From Minisyncoccota bacterium (GTDB taxonomy: Bacteria > Patescibacteriota > Minisyncoccia > Phycocordibacterales > UBA9973), in NCBI GenBank assembly GCA_031972855.1, contig DALYDY010000002.1:99263-163262 (forward strand): 64,000 nt of DNA, given 5' to 3'. Position numbers and translations under genes: made by a program. Position 1 is the first letter of the stretch. Each line of letters begins with the position of its first letter. Below are positions 1 to 9,854 of the stretch, one piece after another. The notes beneath the pieces are model-generated. The model saw only the letters and a program-made list of their open reading frames with translations, searched no databases and was not told the origin of the DNA.

Positions 1-168
1 ACGCTCACAATACGAGGTCTCATAGAGAAAAAACAGGAAGGGAAGAATAATTATTACACACCGTCTATTGACCTTCTTTCATCTCTTGGTATTACAGACA
101 AGACTCAATTACAAGACTTTGAACAACTCTCAAAAAGTATTGCTGGTATAATAGAAAAACCAGAATAA
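1..168 (+). CDS. 3' end of an upstream gene (partial; product unknown)
   Basis: Frame 1 is open from the window edge to a TAA at 166-168 (…LTIRGLIEKKQEGKNNYYTPSIDLLSSLGI…KPE*); the start lies outside the window. Confidence 0.3.
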   Translation, partial: TLTIRGLIEKKQEGKNNYYTPSIDLLSSLGITDKTQLQDFEQLSKSIAGIIEKPE

Positions 169-176
169 TTATATAT

Positions 177-1229
177 ATGTCAAACGCACTAAAAATCCTA
201 ATCCCACTCGTAAGTTCATTCTTCATAGGTTTTATTATTACTCCAATACTTACAAAATATTTTTATAAATTTAGACTTTGGAAAAGAAGTTCTCGTTCTA
301 ACGCATCTGTTTCAAAAGAATTCCAAGATGTTCACAATGAAAAAGAAGAGCTGAAGACTCCACGTGTTGGAGGTATTATCATATGGCTTTCTGTTTTGAT
401 AACAATACTTCTCATTGCTCTTATAGAACAGATATTTCCTAGTGAAATAACAAGTAAATTAAATTTTCTAAGTCGTAGTCAGACTCTTATACCTCTTGGG
501 ACACTGGTGTTGGGAGGACTTCTTGGGTTGTTTGATGATCTTGCTCAAGTTTTCGCATCCAATTCTTATGGTGCAGACGCACTTTCAAATCGTAGAGTAA
601 AGATTGCAATCATAATAGCAATGAGTCTTCTTATTGGTATCTGGTTTGTATTGAAGCTTGATCAAGCAAGTATTTTTGTACCATTTATTGGAGATGTTCC
701 TCTTGGATTAATGTTTATACCATTCTTCATACTTGTAACCCTCGCTGTGTTTTCTTCAAGTATTATAGACGGGATGGATGGTCTTTCTGGAGGTGTTCTT
801 CTACCTATTTTTGCATCATATACACTCATAGCCTATACAAACAACCAGATAGACCTCGCGGCTTTCTCGTCTGTCGTTACTGGATCTATTCTTGTATTTC
901 TTTGGTTTAATATTCCACCAGCAAGATTTTATATGGGAGAAACAGGAATGCTCGGCCTCACACTTCTTTTGTCTGTTATAGCATTTCTTACTGACGCTGT
1001 TTTTGTACTTCCAATCATAGCTCTGCCTCTAGTCGCAACAAGTCTTTCAGCTATCTTGCAAATCTATTCATACAAATATCGCAACAAAAAAAGAATTTTC
1101 TTAGTCGCTCCACTTCATCATCATTTCGAAGCAAAAGGATGGTCTCGCGCAAAAGTTACAATGAGATATTGGATAGTGTCTATAGCTTGCTCTGCTTTTG
1201 GAACAATTATTTATTTGATGACTAAATAA
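177..1229 (+). CDS. mraY: phospho-N-acetylmuramoyl-pentapeptide transferase
   Basis: Polytopic membrane protein with GDVPLG, GMDGLSGG and MGETGMLGL motifs typical of MraY/GT4; followed by ftsW 3 nt downstream. Confidence 0.85.
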   Translation: MSNALKILIPLVSSFFIGFIITPILTKYFYKFRLWKRSSRSNASVSKEFQDVHNEKEELKTPRVGGIIIWLSVLITILLIALIEQIFPSEITSKLNFLSRSQTLIPLGTLVLGGLLGLFDDLAQVFASNSYGADALSNRRVKIAIIIAMSLLIGIWFVLKLDQASIFVPFIGDVPLGLMFIPFFILVTLAVFSSSIIDGMDGLSGGVLLPIFASYTLIAYTNNQIDLAAFSSVVTGSILVFLWFNIPPARFYMGETGMLGLTLLLSVIAFLTDAVFVLPIIALPLVATSLSAILQIYSYKYRNKKRIFLVAPLHHHFEAKGWSRAKVTMRYWIVSIACSAFGTIIYLMTK

Positions 1230-1231
1230 TT

Positions 1232-2353
1232 ATGAAGAAAGAAGTACATTTTGATAAATTTTTCTTCGGTATAATAATCACACTGCTTTTGGTAGGATTA
1301 TTTATATTCGTATCAGCCTCTCTTGGAATTCTCGCAAAAAATACTGAGAAATTTTATCAAGTACTCTTTAGTCAGCTAGTTCTTGGATTTGGATTGGGAG
1401 GAATAGGAATGTATGTTTCTTCAAGAATAAATTACAAAGTTTGGAGAAAGTATGCATTTTATATTTTTATTGCTTCAATTCTAATAACAGCAGCGGTCTT
1501 CATACCAGGACTTGGATTCTCACACGGAGGCGCTAGACGTTGGCTTGATATAGGACCTGTTTCTTTTCAGCCAGCCGAACTCTTGAAAATCTGTTTTGTA
1601 ATATATTTTGCAGGGTGGCTTTCTTGGGTAAAAGGAAAGGTGACTGATTTTCGCTTTGGTATACTGCCTCTACTTTTTCTGCTTGGAATAATCGCTTTGG
1701 TACTTTTCAAGCAACCAGACACAAAGAGTTTTATTCTTATGGCGATATCTGCATTCTCTATGCTCATAGTAGCGGGTGTAAAATGGAAACAAATCACCAT
1801 TGCAGGCGTGATAATAGTAGGAGGTCTTATTTGTCTTTCTTTCTTTACTCCATATCTAAAAGACCGCGTAAAAACTTTTATAGATCAAAATCGTGACCCA
1901 TCAGGTTCTTCTTACCAACTTCAACAATCCCTGATTGCTATTGGTTCAGGTGGAATTACAGGACGCGGATTTGGACAAAGTATTCAAAAGTTTAGTTATC
2001 TTCCAGAACCACAAGGCGACTCAATCTTCGCTGTTGTAGGGGAAGAATTCGGTTTTATAGGAAGTACACTTCTTATAGCTTTATATGTTGCTTTTGCTTC
2101 GCGAGGACTTCGAATAGCCAACAATGCTCCAGATCAATTCTCTCAGCTACTCGTCACAGGGCTTATAATACTGCTCACAGCTCAATCTTTCATGAATATT
2201 GCTTCTATTACAGGCCTATTTCCTCTGACGGGAGTACCTTTAGTCTTCGTATCGCAAGGTGGAACATCTCTCATGTTTGCACTCTTTGCTATAGGAATCA
2301 TTCTTCAAGTATCAAGACACCAAGGTAAGGTATCCACGACACCAAAAGCTTAG
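1232..2353 (+). CDS. ftsW: SEDS-family peptidoglycan glycosyltransferase FtsW/RodA
   Basis: 10-TM SEDS topology with GGARRWLDIGP…QPAE and PEPQGDSIFAVVGEEFGFIG motifs; sits between mraY and murG. Confidence 0.85.
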   Translation: MKKEVHFDKFFFGIIITLLLVGLFIFVSASLGILAKNTEKFYQVLFSQLVLGFGLGGIGMYVSSRINYKVWRKYAFYIFIASILITAAVFIPGLGFSHGGARRWLDIGPVSFQPAELLKICFVIYFAGWLSWVKGKVTDFRFGILPLLFLLGIIALVLFKQPDTKSFILMAISAFSMLIVAGVKWKQITIAGVIIVGGLICLSFFTPYLKDRVKTFIDQNRDPSGSSYQLQQSLIAIGSGGITGRGFGQSIQKFSYLPEPQGDSIFAVVGEEFGFIGSTLLIALYVAFASRGLRIANNAPDQFSQLLVTGLIILLTAQSFMNIASITGLFPLTGVPLVFVSQGGTSLMFALFAIGIILQVSRHQGKVSTTPKA

Positions 2354-2373
2354 AATAGGTTATAATATATATT

Positions 2374-3507
2374 ATGCGTATTTTATTTACAGGAGGAGGT
2401 ACTGGAGGACATTTTTATCCTATAATTGCTGTTGCCGAAAAAACAAGTGAAGTAATTTCAAACAGGAAGATTTTAGGAGCAAAGTTGTACTTTATGTCCA
2501 ACTCTCCTTATGACAAAAAAGCTCTTGCTGACAACAATATAAAATATATTTATTCACCAGCAGGTAAGCTTCGTATTTATTTTTCTCTAAAAACAATTAT
2601 TGAAGTAATAAAAATAGGGTTTGGACTCATTACAGCGACAGTAAAAATGTTTTTCATTTATCCTGATGTTATTTTTTCAAAAGGAGGATACGGATCTGTT
2701 CCAGCATTGTTTGCTGCAAGAATTCTTCGTATACCAGTCATTATTCATGAATCAGACTCTTTTCCCGGACGCGTTACTCTTTGGTCTGCAAAATTCGCAA
2801 AGAAAATCGCGATATCATATCAAGAAGCAAGTGTTTTCTTCAAAGAATATGAAGAAAAGGTTGCTTGGACCGGACAACCTATCCGCAAAGAGATTCTTCA
2901 CCCTATCAAAGAGGGGGCAAATGAATTCTTGGGATTAAACAAAGATATACCTACAATATTTATAATAGGAGGATCAACAGGTGCTGTTACAATAAATGAC
3001 GCTGTGTTAAACATACTTCCAGAACTATTAGAAAAATATCAAATCATTCATCAGATAGGTAAGAATAATGTTGCGGATGTAGAAATGAGATTAAAAGTTA
3101 TTCTTGAAGAAAATCCAAACAAAGACCGCTATAAACCCATGGGATGGATAAATCCATTAACAATGAAAATGTCTGCTGGAGTAGCTGATCTAGTAATATC
3201 TCGTGCAGGGTCAACAATATTTGAACTTGCAACATGGGGTATTCCATCTATTATTATTCCAATACCAGAAGAAATCTCTCGTGATCAAAAGAAAAATGCT
3301 TTTGCATATGCTCGTGCAGGTGGATGTATAGTCCTAGAACAAAACAACATAACTCCAAGTGTGTTTTTAAGTACAATAGAAAGCATTATAGATAATCCTG
3401 AAAAAAGTTCTGAATTAAAACTAGCAGCAAAGAGATTCGCTAGAGGAGAAGCATCGCAAACAATAGCTGAAGAAATCGTAGATGTAGCAATGAGTCACTA
3501 CAGATAA
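2374..3507 (+). CDS. murG: undecaprenyldiphospho-muramoylpentapeptide beta-N-acetylglucosaminyltransferase
   Basis: N-terminal MRILFTGGGTGGHFYPIIAV G-loop and GT28 C-terminal domain (GGSTGA…). Confidence 0.9.
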   Translation: MRILFTGGGTGGHFYPIIAVAEKTSEVISNRKILGAKLYFMSNSPYDKKALADNNIKYIYSPAGKLRIYFSLKTIIEVIKIGFGLITATVKMFFIYPDVIFSKGGYGSVPALFAARILRIPVIIHESDSFPGRVTLWSAKFAKKIAISYQEASVFFKEYEEKVAWTGQPIRKEILHPIKEGANEFLGLNKDIPTIFIIGGSTGAVTINDAVLNILPELLEKYQIIHQIGKNNVADVEMRLKVILEENPNKDRYKPMGWINPLTMKMSAGVADLVISRAGSTIFELATWGIPSIIIPIPEEISRDQKKNAFAYARAGGCIVLEQNNITPSVFLSTIESIIDNPEKSSELKLAAKRFARGEASQTIAEEIVDVAMSHYR

Positions 3508-3516
3508 AAACAAAAA

Positions 3517-3554
3517 ATGGGTTTACCTCTGACAGGAAGGTAAACCCATTTTTA
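3517..3554. terminator. bidirectional intrinsic terminator between murG (+) and the 3558..4172 gene (-)
   Basis: Hairpin atgggtttacct…aggtaaacccat flanked by an A-run and a T-run. Confidence 0.6.
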
Positions 3555-3557
3555 GGA

Positions 3558-4172
3558 TTAAGCAATCTTAACCCTAACTTTCTTTTTATTTTTAAAATAA
3601 GACAAATACAATCTAACATCAAACCATACAAGAACGGTAGATATTAAGAATAGTATCGTTCCTACAATATATGGAGGAATTTCTGGAGCGATTTCGTTGT
3701 TTCCATTTTTCAATATCAACAACAAGTGAACAGTACTCGCTAAAACAATAATTGCTGAGACAAAGTACCATAGATACAAGACGGCTTTTTTAATTAATTT
3801 AAAAAAGAGAGAAGAAAGTCTTCTGTCTGAAATAAATTTGTTTAAAGCTTCTTCGATTTCTTTATTTTGTTCAAGAATAAGAACTCCTTTATTTTCAAGT
3901 TTCATCTTTGCTTTTTTTGAGATCCTGTCAAGATCCCAAGTTTCAATCCCATTCTCATCTCTTGGAAAAGTGATAATAATAGAACTGGTGGTAGGTGAGT
4001 GTTCAACTTTTGTTCCTCTCGGAAATTTCCCGAAGAAATGAAGTTGTTGTTTTAATCTCTCTGATGGTTCTAACATTGTATAAGCAATGTATATGAACAC
4101 GGCAATCGAAAAAATAATTAAGACTCCCATAGTTTTATTTGTTTTTTTGTTCAAACATATTATATCACACAA
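3558..4172 (-). CDS. hypothetical membrane protein (2-3 TM)
   Basis: Long ORF with hydrophobic N- and C-terminal segments; no recognisable motif. Confidence 0.5.
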   Translation of the reverse strand: MCDIICLNKKTNKTMGVLIIFSIAVFIYIAYTMLEPSERLKQQLHFFGKFPRGTKVEHSPTTSSIIITFPRDENGIETWDLDRISKKAKMKLENKGVLILEQNKEIEEALNKFISDRRLSSLFFKLIKKAVLYLWYFVSAIIVLASTVHLLLILKNGNNEIAPEIPPYIVGTILFLISTVLVWFDVRLYLSYFKNKKKVRVKIA

Positions 4173-4460
4173 TATATCAATATGTCAATATATAAAACAA
4201 AGCCCGGAATTCAAATGAATTCCGGGTGATGGAGAACTAAAAAATTGATTACAAAATCTATAAATAATTATACGCATATTTATTCAAAATGTAAATAAAT
4301 AACGCCAGGCCCTTTTCAGGTCCTGGCGCGTTGAACAAAAAAAACAGTAATAAAAATTGCTTTAAAAACAAAAGCTATTTTATACCACCTTTCGCTATTG
4401 ATTGTACCACATCAAGACATATAACGCATTTTGTGGAAATCTGCTAGAATATATTTACTT

Positions 4461-5966
4461 ATGTCCGAGAATACAAACCCAAAAATCGTAACCCGTTTTG
4501 CACCTAGTCCTACTGGATATCTCCATGTGGGAGGCCTCCGTACAGCATTATATGCATATCTCATGGCCAAGAAGTCTGGTGGCAGATTCCTACTTCGTAT
4601 TGAAGACACAGATCAAGCTCGCACGGTAGAAGGTGGAGTGGAGAATATCGCTCGCTCTCTTGCTTGGGCTGGAATTATTCCAGATGAAGGAATACAACTC
4701 GATGAAAACGGCGCTATTACAGAGACAGGTCACAATGGACCATACACACAATCATTACGTTTACATCTATACAAAAAGTACGCAGAAGAATTGGTAGAAA
4801 AAGGATTTGCATACCCTTGCTTCTGTAGTTCAGAGCGACTCGAAGAAGTGAAGAACCAAAGACAAGCCGACAAACTACCACCAGGATATGATGGCTTGTG
4901 TAAGACATTATCAAAAGAAGAAGTAGAAGCGAAATTGAAAGCAGGTGACAAACACGTAATTCGTCTCTCTATGCCCGAAGTTGGTGCGAGTGTATTCGAA
5001 GACCTCATTCGCGGAAAAGTTTCTTTTCAATATTCTGATGTAGATGACCAAGTGCTTTTGAAGTCTGACGGATTCCCAACATACCACCTCGCTGTAGTAG
5101 TGGATGATCATCATATGGAAGTCACACATGTGATCCGTGGTGAAGAATGGATTTCTAGCACCCCAAAACACCTCTATCTATATGAATGCTTCGGATGGAA
5201 TGCGCCACACTTCGCACACCTTCCACTTCTTCTAAATTCTGACCGTTCAAAGCTCTCAAAACGCCAAGGTGACGTCGCTGTAATGGATTACAAGGAGAAA
5301 GGATATCTTCCAGAAGCACTTTTGAACTTCGTGGCTTTCTTGGGCTGGAATCCAGGCGACGAAAGAGAACTCTTCACTCTAAAAGAATTAGTGGAAGAGT
5401 TCTCCCTCACAAAAGTGAACAAATCAGGCGCAATTTTCAATCTCGAAAAGCTTGATTGGTACAATCACGAATACTTGAAGAAATTATCTCATGAAGAATT
5501 CGAAAGCTATGTCGACAACTTCATGCCAAGCATTGCAAAGGAGAGTGACAATTACAAAGAAGTCCTCCCAAGACTTCTCGGTACACTTATCGAACGTATA
5601 GAAAAGGGTACAGACATCACAGAGACGTATAAAGAGAATATTTCATATTTCTTCACAAAGCCTGTTTTAGACCCAGGAATCTTTTCATGGAAGGGTCTAA
5701 AAATTAAATACCCAAATTCAGACGAATGCACATCTATATCAAAACAATACCTCGCCGAAGTTCGCGATATTCTCTCAAATCTTGAAGATGACAAGTGGAA
5801 TGACAAAGAGGCGATAAAGGATGCAGTATGGCCTCTCACAGACAAATATGGCCGTGGAGAAGTACTCTGGCCACTCCGTGTAACGCTTTCAGGCCGTGAA
5901 AAATCTCCCGACCCATTTGAACTTTGTTTTATTTTAGGTAAAGAAGAAGTTTTGAGAAGGATTTAA
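4461..5966 (+). CDS. gltX: glutamate--tRNA ligase
   Basis: Class I HIGH motif (PSPTGYLHVGG) and KMSKS motif (KLSKR); start probably at MSENTNPKIV (4461) rather than the 4431 given in the ORF track. Confidence 0.9.
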   Translation: MSENTNPKIVTRFAPSPTGYLHVGGLRTALYAYLMAKKSGGRFLLRIEDTDQARTVEGGVENIARSLAWAGIIPDEGIQLDENGAITETGHNGPYTQSLRLHLYKKYAEELVEKGFAYPCFCSSERLEEVKNQRQADKLPPGYDGLCKTLSKEEVEAKLKAGDKHVIRLSMPEVGASVFEDLIRGKVSFQYSDVDDQVLLKSDGFPTYHLAVVVDDHHMEVTHVIRGEEWISSTPKHLYLYECFGWNAPHFAHLPLLLNSDRSKLSKRQGDVAVMDYKEKGYLPEALLNFVAFLGWNPGDERELFTLKELVEEFSLTKVNKSGAIFNLEKLDWYNHEYLKKLSHEEFESYVDNFMPSIAKESDNYKEVLPRLLGTLIERIEKGTDITETYKENISYFFTKPVLDPGIFSWKGLKIKYPNSDECTSISKQYLAEVRDILSNLEDDKWNDKEAIKDAVWPLTDKYGRGEVLWPLRVTLSGREKSPDPFELCFILGKEEVLRRI

Positions 5967-5970
5967 ATTT

Positions 5971-7107
5971 ATGGAAAAGAAGTCTTCAAATTCAAATTTA
6001 CACAAAGCAAACAAAAATAAAAAAGATGAGTTTTATACTCAACTTTTTGATATTGAAAAAGAATTAAAACATTATAAAGAACAATTTAAAGGTAAAGTTG
6101 TGTATTGTAATTGTGACGACCCATTTGAAAGTAATTTCTTTAAATATTTCGCTTCAAATTTTAATGCATTAGGATTAAAAAGATTGATTGCTACAAGTTA
6201 CAAACCTTCACCAATTGCAAATACCCAGCTCGGACTTTTTGGAGATAATAAAACACTTACTACAGCAAAAGGTCGTCCAAAAAATAATGCTAATAAATTT
6301 ATTATAAATGAAGTTCATGATATAGACAGTGATGGAGCTTTTGATTTACGTGATATTGCAGAACAACTCAAAGCAAATAAAAATAACGAATGGTCACCAA
6401 TGGAAAATGATGGTGATTTTAGAAGTGATGAAAGTATTGAGCTTTTAAAACAGGCAGATATTGTAGTAACAAATCCACCCTTTTCATTGTTTAGGCAGTA
6501 TATTGCACAGCTCGTAGAATACAATAAAAAATTTCTAGTTATCGGAAGTTTAAATGCTGTTAAATATAATTCAATTTTCAAATTAATCAAGAATAATCAA
6601 TGTTGGTTAGGTTATAATAATGGTGCAAAAACTTATTTAGTTCCAAACAATTACGAACAAAAAAATATATTTGTAGGTGAAGATGGAAAAAAATATGCAA
6701 AAATGGGTAACACCTGTTGGTTTACAAATCTTGATATTCAAAAGCGTCATGAATCAATAGTCTTGTATAAAAAATATACAACAGAAGAATATTTTAAATA
6801 TGATAATTATGACGCTATAGAAATTGGAGAACAAAAGAAAAATGGTAATTGGGAAGGTCGAATAGATATTATACCAATGGACTATGAGGGTGTAATGGGA
6901 GTACCTATTACTTTTATTGATAAATATAATCCTGAGCAGTTTGAAGCTTTAGGAGTTTTTGATGATAAAAGAGAAGAGGATGATGCTTTTATACAAGGAG
7001 TACCAACTTATGTTGACGAACAACACAAAAGATATGTTGGTCCTGTTTTAAAAGGAAAAGCTCTTTATACGCGTGTTTTAATTAAAAATAAAAAACCACA
7101 GAAATAA
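5971..7107 (+). CDS. gamma-class N6-adenine DNA methyltransferase (orphan or system-associated)
   Basis: Motif X-like DEFYTQ, motif I-like VYCNCDDPF and motif IV NPPF (VVTNPPFS); starts 4 nt after the gltX stop; very AT-rich. Confidence 0.65.
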   Translation: MEKKSSNSNLHKANKNKKDEFYTQLFDIEKELKHYKEQFKGKVVYCNCDDPFESNFFKYFASNFNALGLKRLIATSYKPSPIANTQLGLFGDNKTLTTAKGRPKNNANKFIINEVHDIDSDGAFDLRDIAEQLKANKNNEWSPMENDGDFRSDESIELLKQADIVVTNPPFSLFRQYIAQLVEYNKKFLVIGSLNAVKYNSIFKLIKNNQCWLGYNNGAKTYLVPNNYEQKNIFVGEDGKKYAKMGNTCWFTNLDIQKRHESIVLYKKYTTEEYFKYDNYDAIEIGEQKKNGNWEGRIDIIPMDYEGVMGVPITFIDKYNPEQFEALGVFDDKREEDDAFIQGVPTYVDEQHKRYVGPVLKGKALYTRVLIKNKKPQK

Positions 7108-7109
7108 AT

Positions 7110-7144
7110 ATGATATATCTTATAATTTATACATGATATATCTT
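7110..7144 (+). promoter_or_regulatory. direct repeat ATGATATATCTT x2 (7110-7121 and 7133-7144) with a TATAAT between, in the 98-bp gap upstream of fic
   Basis: Two identical 12-mers spaced 23 bp apart inside the only intergenic gap of the MTase-Fic-DUF262/HNH-HNH block. Confidence 0.3.
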
Positions 7145-7205
7145 TATATTTTTACTTAAAGTCATAAACCTTGTTTTATAAGTATATTTATTATAATATT
7201 GATAC

Positions 7206-8369
7206 ATGTTAGAAAACCTAAAAGATATATCTCAAATAGAATTAAAAGTTCCAAAACCTGAGTGGAGTAGCGATTTAGCTAATACTATTATAGAGTTAGA
7301 AGCTTTAAGAAAGAGAGAACTTAGAGGGTCTACCCCGATTCATATTTTTTTTGAAATTAAAAATGTATTTCAATTTTTAGAAAGTATTGGTTCTGCTAGA
7401 ATTGAAGGAAATCATACAACTATTTCAGAGTTTGTAGAAAAAATTATTGAGGAAGCAAACCCTAAAAAAGATGAGAGTTTAGCAGAAATATTAAACATTA
7501 ACAAAGCTATTAGTTTTATTAATGATTTTATGTCTAAAGATAAAACCATAGACAAAGCTTTATTATTAGAAATTCATAAAATTGTAGTAAGTGGGTTAAA
7601 TAGAGAAGGTGCTAAAATCATTGGTGATTACAGAAAAGAAAATGTAAACATATCAAACGCTATTGTAAAACCTCCAGAATTTATAAAAGTTAATGAATAC
7701 ATGGATAATTTATTTAATTTTATAAATGAGGTGAATGACAGAGAAAATCATTTACTTAAAGTTGCAATTGCTCATCATTATTTTACAGTAATACACCCTT
7801 TTGATAACGGTAATGGGAGGGTTGTTCGTTTGCTAACTTTCTTAATGTTAATTAAGTATGGTTTTAATATAAAAAATGGAAATATTTTAAATCCAACAGC
7901 AATATTCTGTAATGATAGAAATATTTACTATAAAATGCTATCGGAAGCAGATAATGGAAATATAGAAAATTGGTGTGTATATGTATTATCTGGACTAAAA
8001 GAAGAGATAGATAAAATTGATAGAATAAGTAATATTAAATATATTGTCAAAATTTTTAGTGATGTATTAGAGGATGCTTTAAATAAAAAATATATTGATG
8101 AGTATTTCTATAATGTATTATCGTTAATTATTAAAAATAAAGACATGATTATTTCAGCTGGAGATCTTTCAGTTTTAGATAATATGGACTCTAATCTAAA
8201 ACGATCAAGGATGATTAAAAAACTAAAAGATGCAAAAATGATAAAATCTTTAGGTGGTGAAAAAAGTAGAACATATACTATTACTTTTAATGAAAACTTC
8301 TTACTTAGAAGTTTGATAAAAGTTTTAATAAATGAAAAATTTATACCAGAATCATTGAATACAAAATAA
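7206..8369 (+). CDS. fic: Fic/Doc family protein (AMPylase-type) with Fic_N domain
   Basis: Fic_N motif SARIEGNHTTISEF and canonical Fic active site HPFDNGNGRVVRLL. Confidence 0.85.
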   Translation: MLENLKDISQIELKVPKPEWSSDLANTIIELEALRKRELRGSTPIHIFFEIKNVFQFLESIGSARIEGNHTTISEFVEKIIEEANPKKDESLAEILNINKAISFINDFMSKDKTIDKALLLEIHKIVVSGLNREGAKIIGDYRKENVNISNAIVKPPEFIKVNEYMDNLFNFINEVNDRENHLLKVAIAHHYFTVIHPFDNGNGRVVRLLTFLMLIKYGFNIKNGNILNPTAIFCNDRNIYYKMLSEADNGNIENWCVYVLSGLKEEIDKIDRISNIKYIVKIFSDVLEDALNKKYIDEYFYNVLSLIIKNKDMIISAGDLSVLDNMDSNLKRSRMIKKLKDAKMIKSLGGEKSRTYTITFNENFLLRSLIKVLINEKFIPESLNTK

Positions 8370-8370
8370 A

Positions 8371-9474
8371 ATGAAGATAGATTTACATAAAATAAAAATA
8401 GCTGAAGTTGTAAAAGACTACAAAGACAGTGCTGAGGAAGGTGTTACTGCTTTTGGCGGAAAACTCGATATTCGTCCAAAATATCAAAGAGAATTCGTGT
8501 ACGACACAAAACATCGTGACGAAGTAATTAAAACCGTTAAAAAAGATTTTCCACTCAATGTAATGTATTGGGTTAAAAAAGAAGATGAAAACTTTGAAGT
8601 ACTTGATGGACAACAAAGAACTATTAGTATTGCTCAATTTGTAAATGGAGATTTTTCTATTGATTTTAACGGGAGAATTGCAATGTTCCACAATCTAACA
8701 AAAGAAGAACAAGATCAAATTCTAAATTATGAATTGATGATTTATCACTGTGAAGGACAAGAAAAAGAAAAACTTGACTGGTTCAAGATTATTAATATTG
8801 CAGGAATGGAACTAACACAACAAGAATTAAAAAACGCAGTATATACTGGCTCTTGGCTTTCTGACGCAAAACTCAAATTTAGTAAAACAAATTGTGCTGC
8901 ATATTTACTTGCAAATGATGGCGGACAATTAGTAACAGGATCACCAATCCGTCAGGACTATTTAGAAACTGCATTAACTTGGATAAATAATGAAGATATT
9001 GAAGGTTATATGGCAAAGCATCAGCACGATACAAACGCAGATGAATTATGGCAGTATTTCCAAAATGTAATTCATTGGGCAAGAGAAGTTTTTCCAAATT
9101 ACAGAAAAGAAATGGCGAGTGTAAATTGGGGTGAATTATATAATGAATTTAATAAAAAGAAATTTGATTCATTAAAACTTGAGGAAGAAATTAAAAAATT
9201 AATGCAAGACGAAGATGTAACTAAAAAATCTGGTATTTACCCATATGTTTTAACTCGCAAAGATAGATATCTTTCTATTCGTGCATTTACTCCAAATATG
9301 AAGCGCGAAGCATACGAAAGACAAAATGGTATTTGTTCATCATGTAAAAAAGAATTTTCTATTGGAAATATGGAGGCAGATCATATTGACCCTTGGCACG
9401 AAGGTGGTAAGACTACAACAGAAAATTGTCAGATGTTGTGTAAAGAATGTAATAGAAGAAAGTCAGGAAAATAA
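8371..9474 (+). CDS. DUF262 (ParB/Srx-like NTPase) fused to an HNH nuclease; GmrSD-like type IV restriction architecture
   Basis: N-terminal DUF262 signature LDGQQRTISI; C-terminal HNH (CSSCKK…ADHIDPWHEGG…NCQMLCKECNRRK); start 2 nt after the fic stop. Confidence 0.75.
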   Translation: MKIDLHKIKIAEVVKDYKDSAEEGVTAFGGKLDIRPKYQREFVYDTKHRDEVIKTVKKDFPLNVMYWVKKEDENFEVLDGQQRTISIAQFVNGDFSIDFNGRIAMFHNLTKEEQDQILNYELMIYHCEGQEKEKLDWFKIINIAGMELTQQELKNAVYTGSWLSDAKLKFSKTNCAAYLLANDGGQLVTGSPIRQDYLETALTWINNEDIEGYMAKHQHDTNADELWQYFQNVIHWAREVFPNYRKEMASVNWGELYNEFNKKKFDSLKLEEEIKKLMQDEDVTKKSGIYPYVLTRKDRYLSIRAFTPNMKREAYERQNGICSSCKKEFSIGNMEADHIDPWHEGGKTTTENCQMLCKECNRRKSGK

Positions 9475-9476
9475 AT

Positions 9477-9854
9477 ATGAAAAGAGATAGTATTCCTACT
9501 GATATAAAACGAGCTGTTTTGGTTGAGGCAGGTCATCGTTGTGCTATTCCAACATGTCGCGCTACTACAACTGAAATTGCTCATATTATTCCTTGGTCTG
9601 AAACACAAGACAATTCATTTATTAATTTAATTGCACTTTGCCCTACATGTCATACAAGATTCGATCAAAAAAAAGAAATTGATCGTCTTTCAATTAAGAT
9701 GTACAAACACAATCTTGGTATATTAAATAATCGTTACGGTGAATTTGAACGTAGATTGTTTGAGTATTTAGCAGTTTCAGGAGAAAGAGTTTTTGTCGTT
9801 GGTGCTGGAGGAGATTTACTTGTTGCAAATGGAGTAAAGGATGGTTTTTTTTGA
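9477..9854 (+). CDS. small HNH endonuclease; frame is interrupted at a T8 tract and may extend to 9998
   Basis: HNH motif CAIPTCRATTTEIAHIIPWSE…NLIALCPTCHTRFD; starts 3 nt after the upstream stop; TGA at 9852-9854 lies inside T8 (9845-9852); the +1 frame stays open for 48 more codons to 9998. Confidence 0.65.
   Translation: MKRDSIPTDIKRAVLVEAGHRCAIPTCRATTTEIAHIIPWSETQDNSFINLIALCPTCHTRFDQKKEIDRLSIKMYKHNLGILNNRYGEFERRLFEYLAVSGERVFVVGAGGDLLVANGVKDGFF

Noticed and set aside
1567-5845. Multiple short antisense ORFs inside ftsW, murG and gltX (for example 1567..1800, 2666..2938, 4717..5171, 5552..5845)
   Set aside because: They are embedded in, and opposite to, strongly supported housekeeping genes. 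They show no motifs and are typical AT-rich frame noise.
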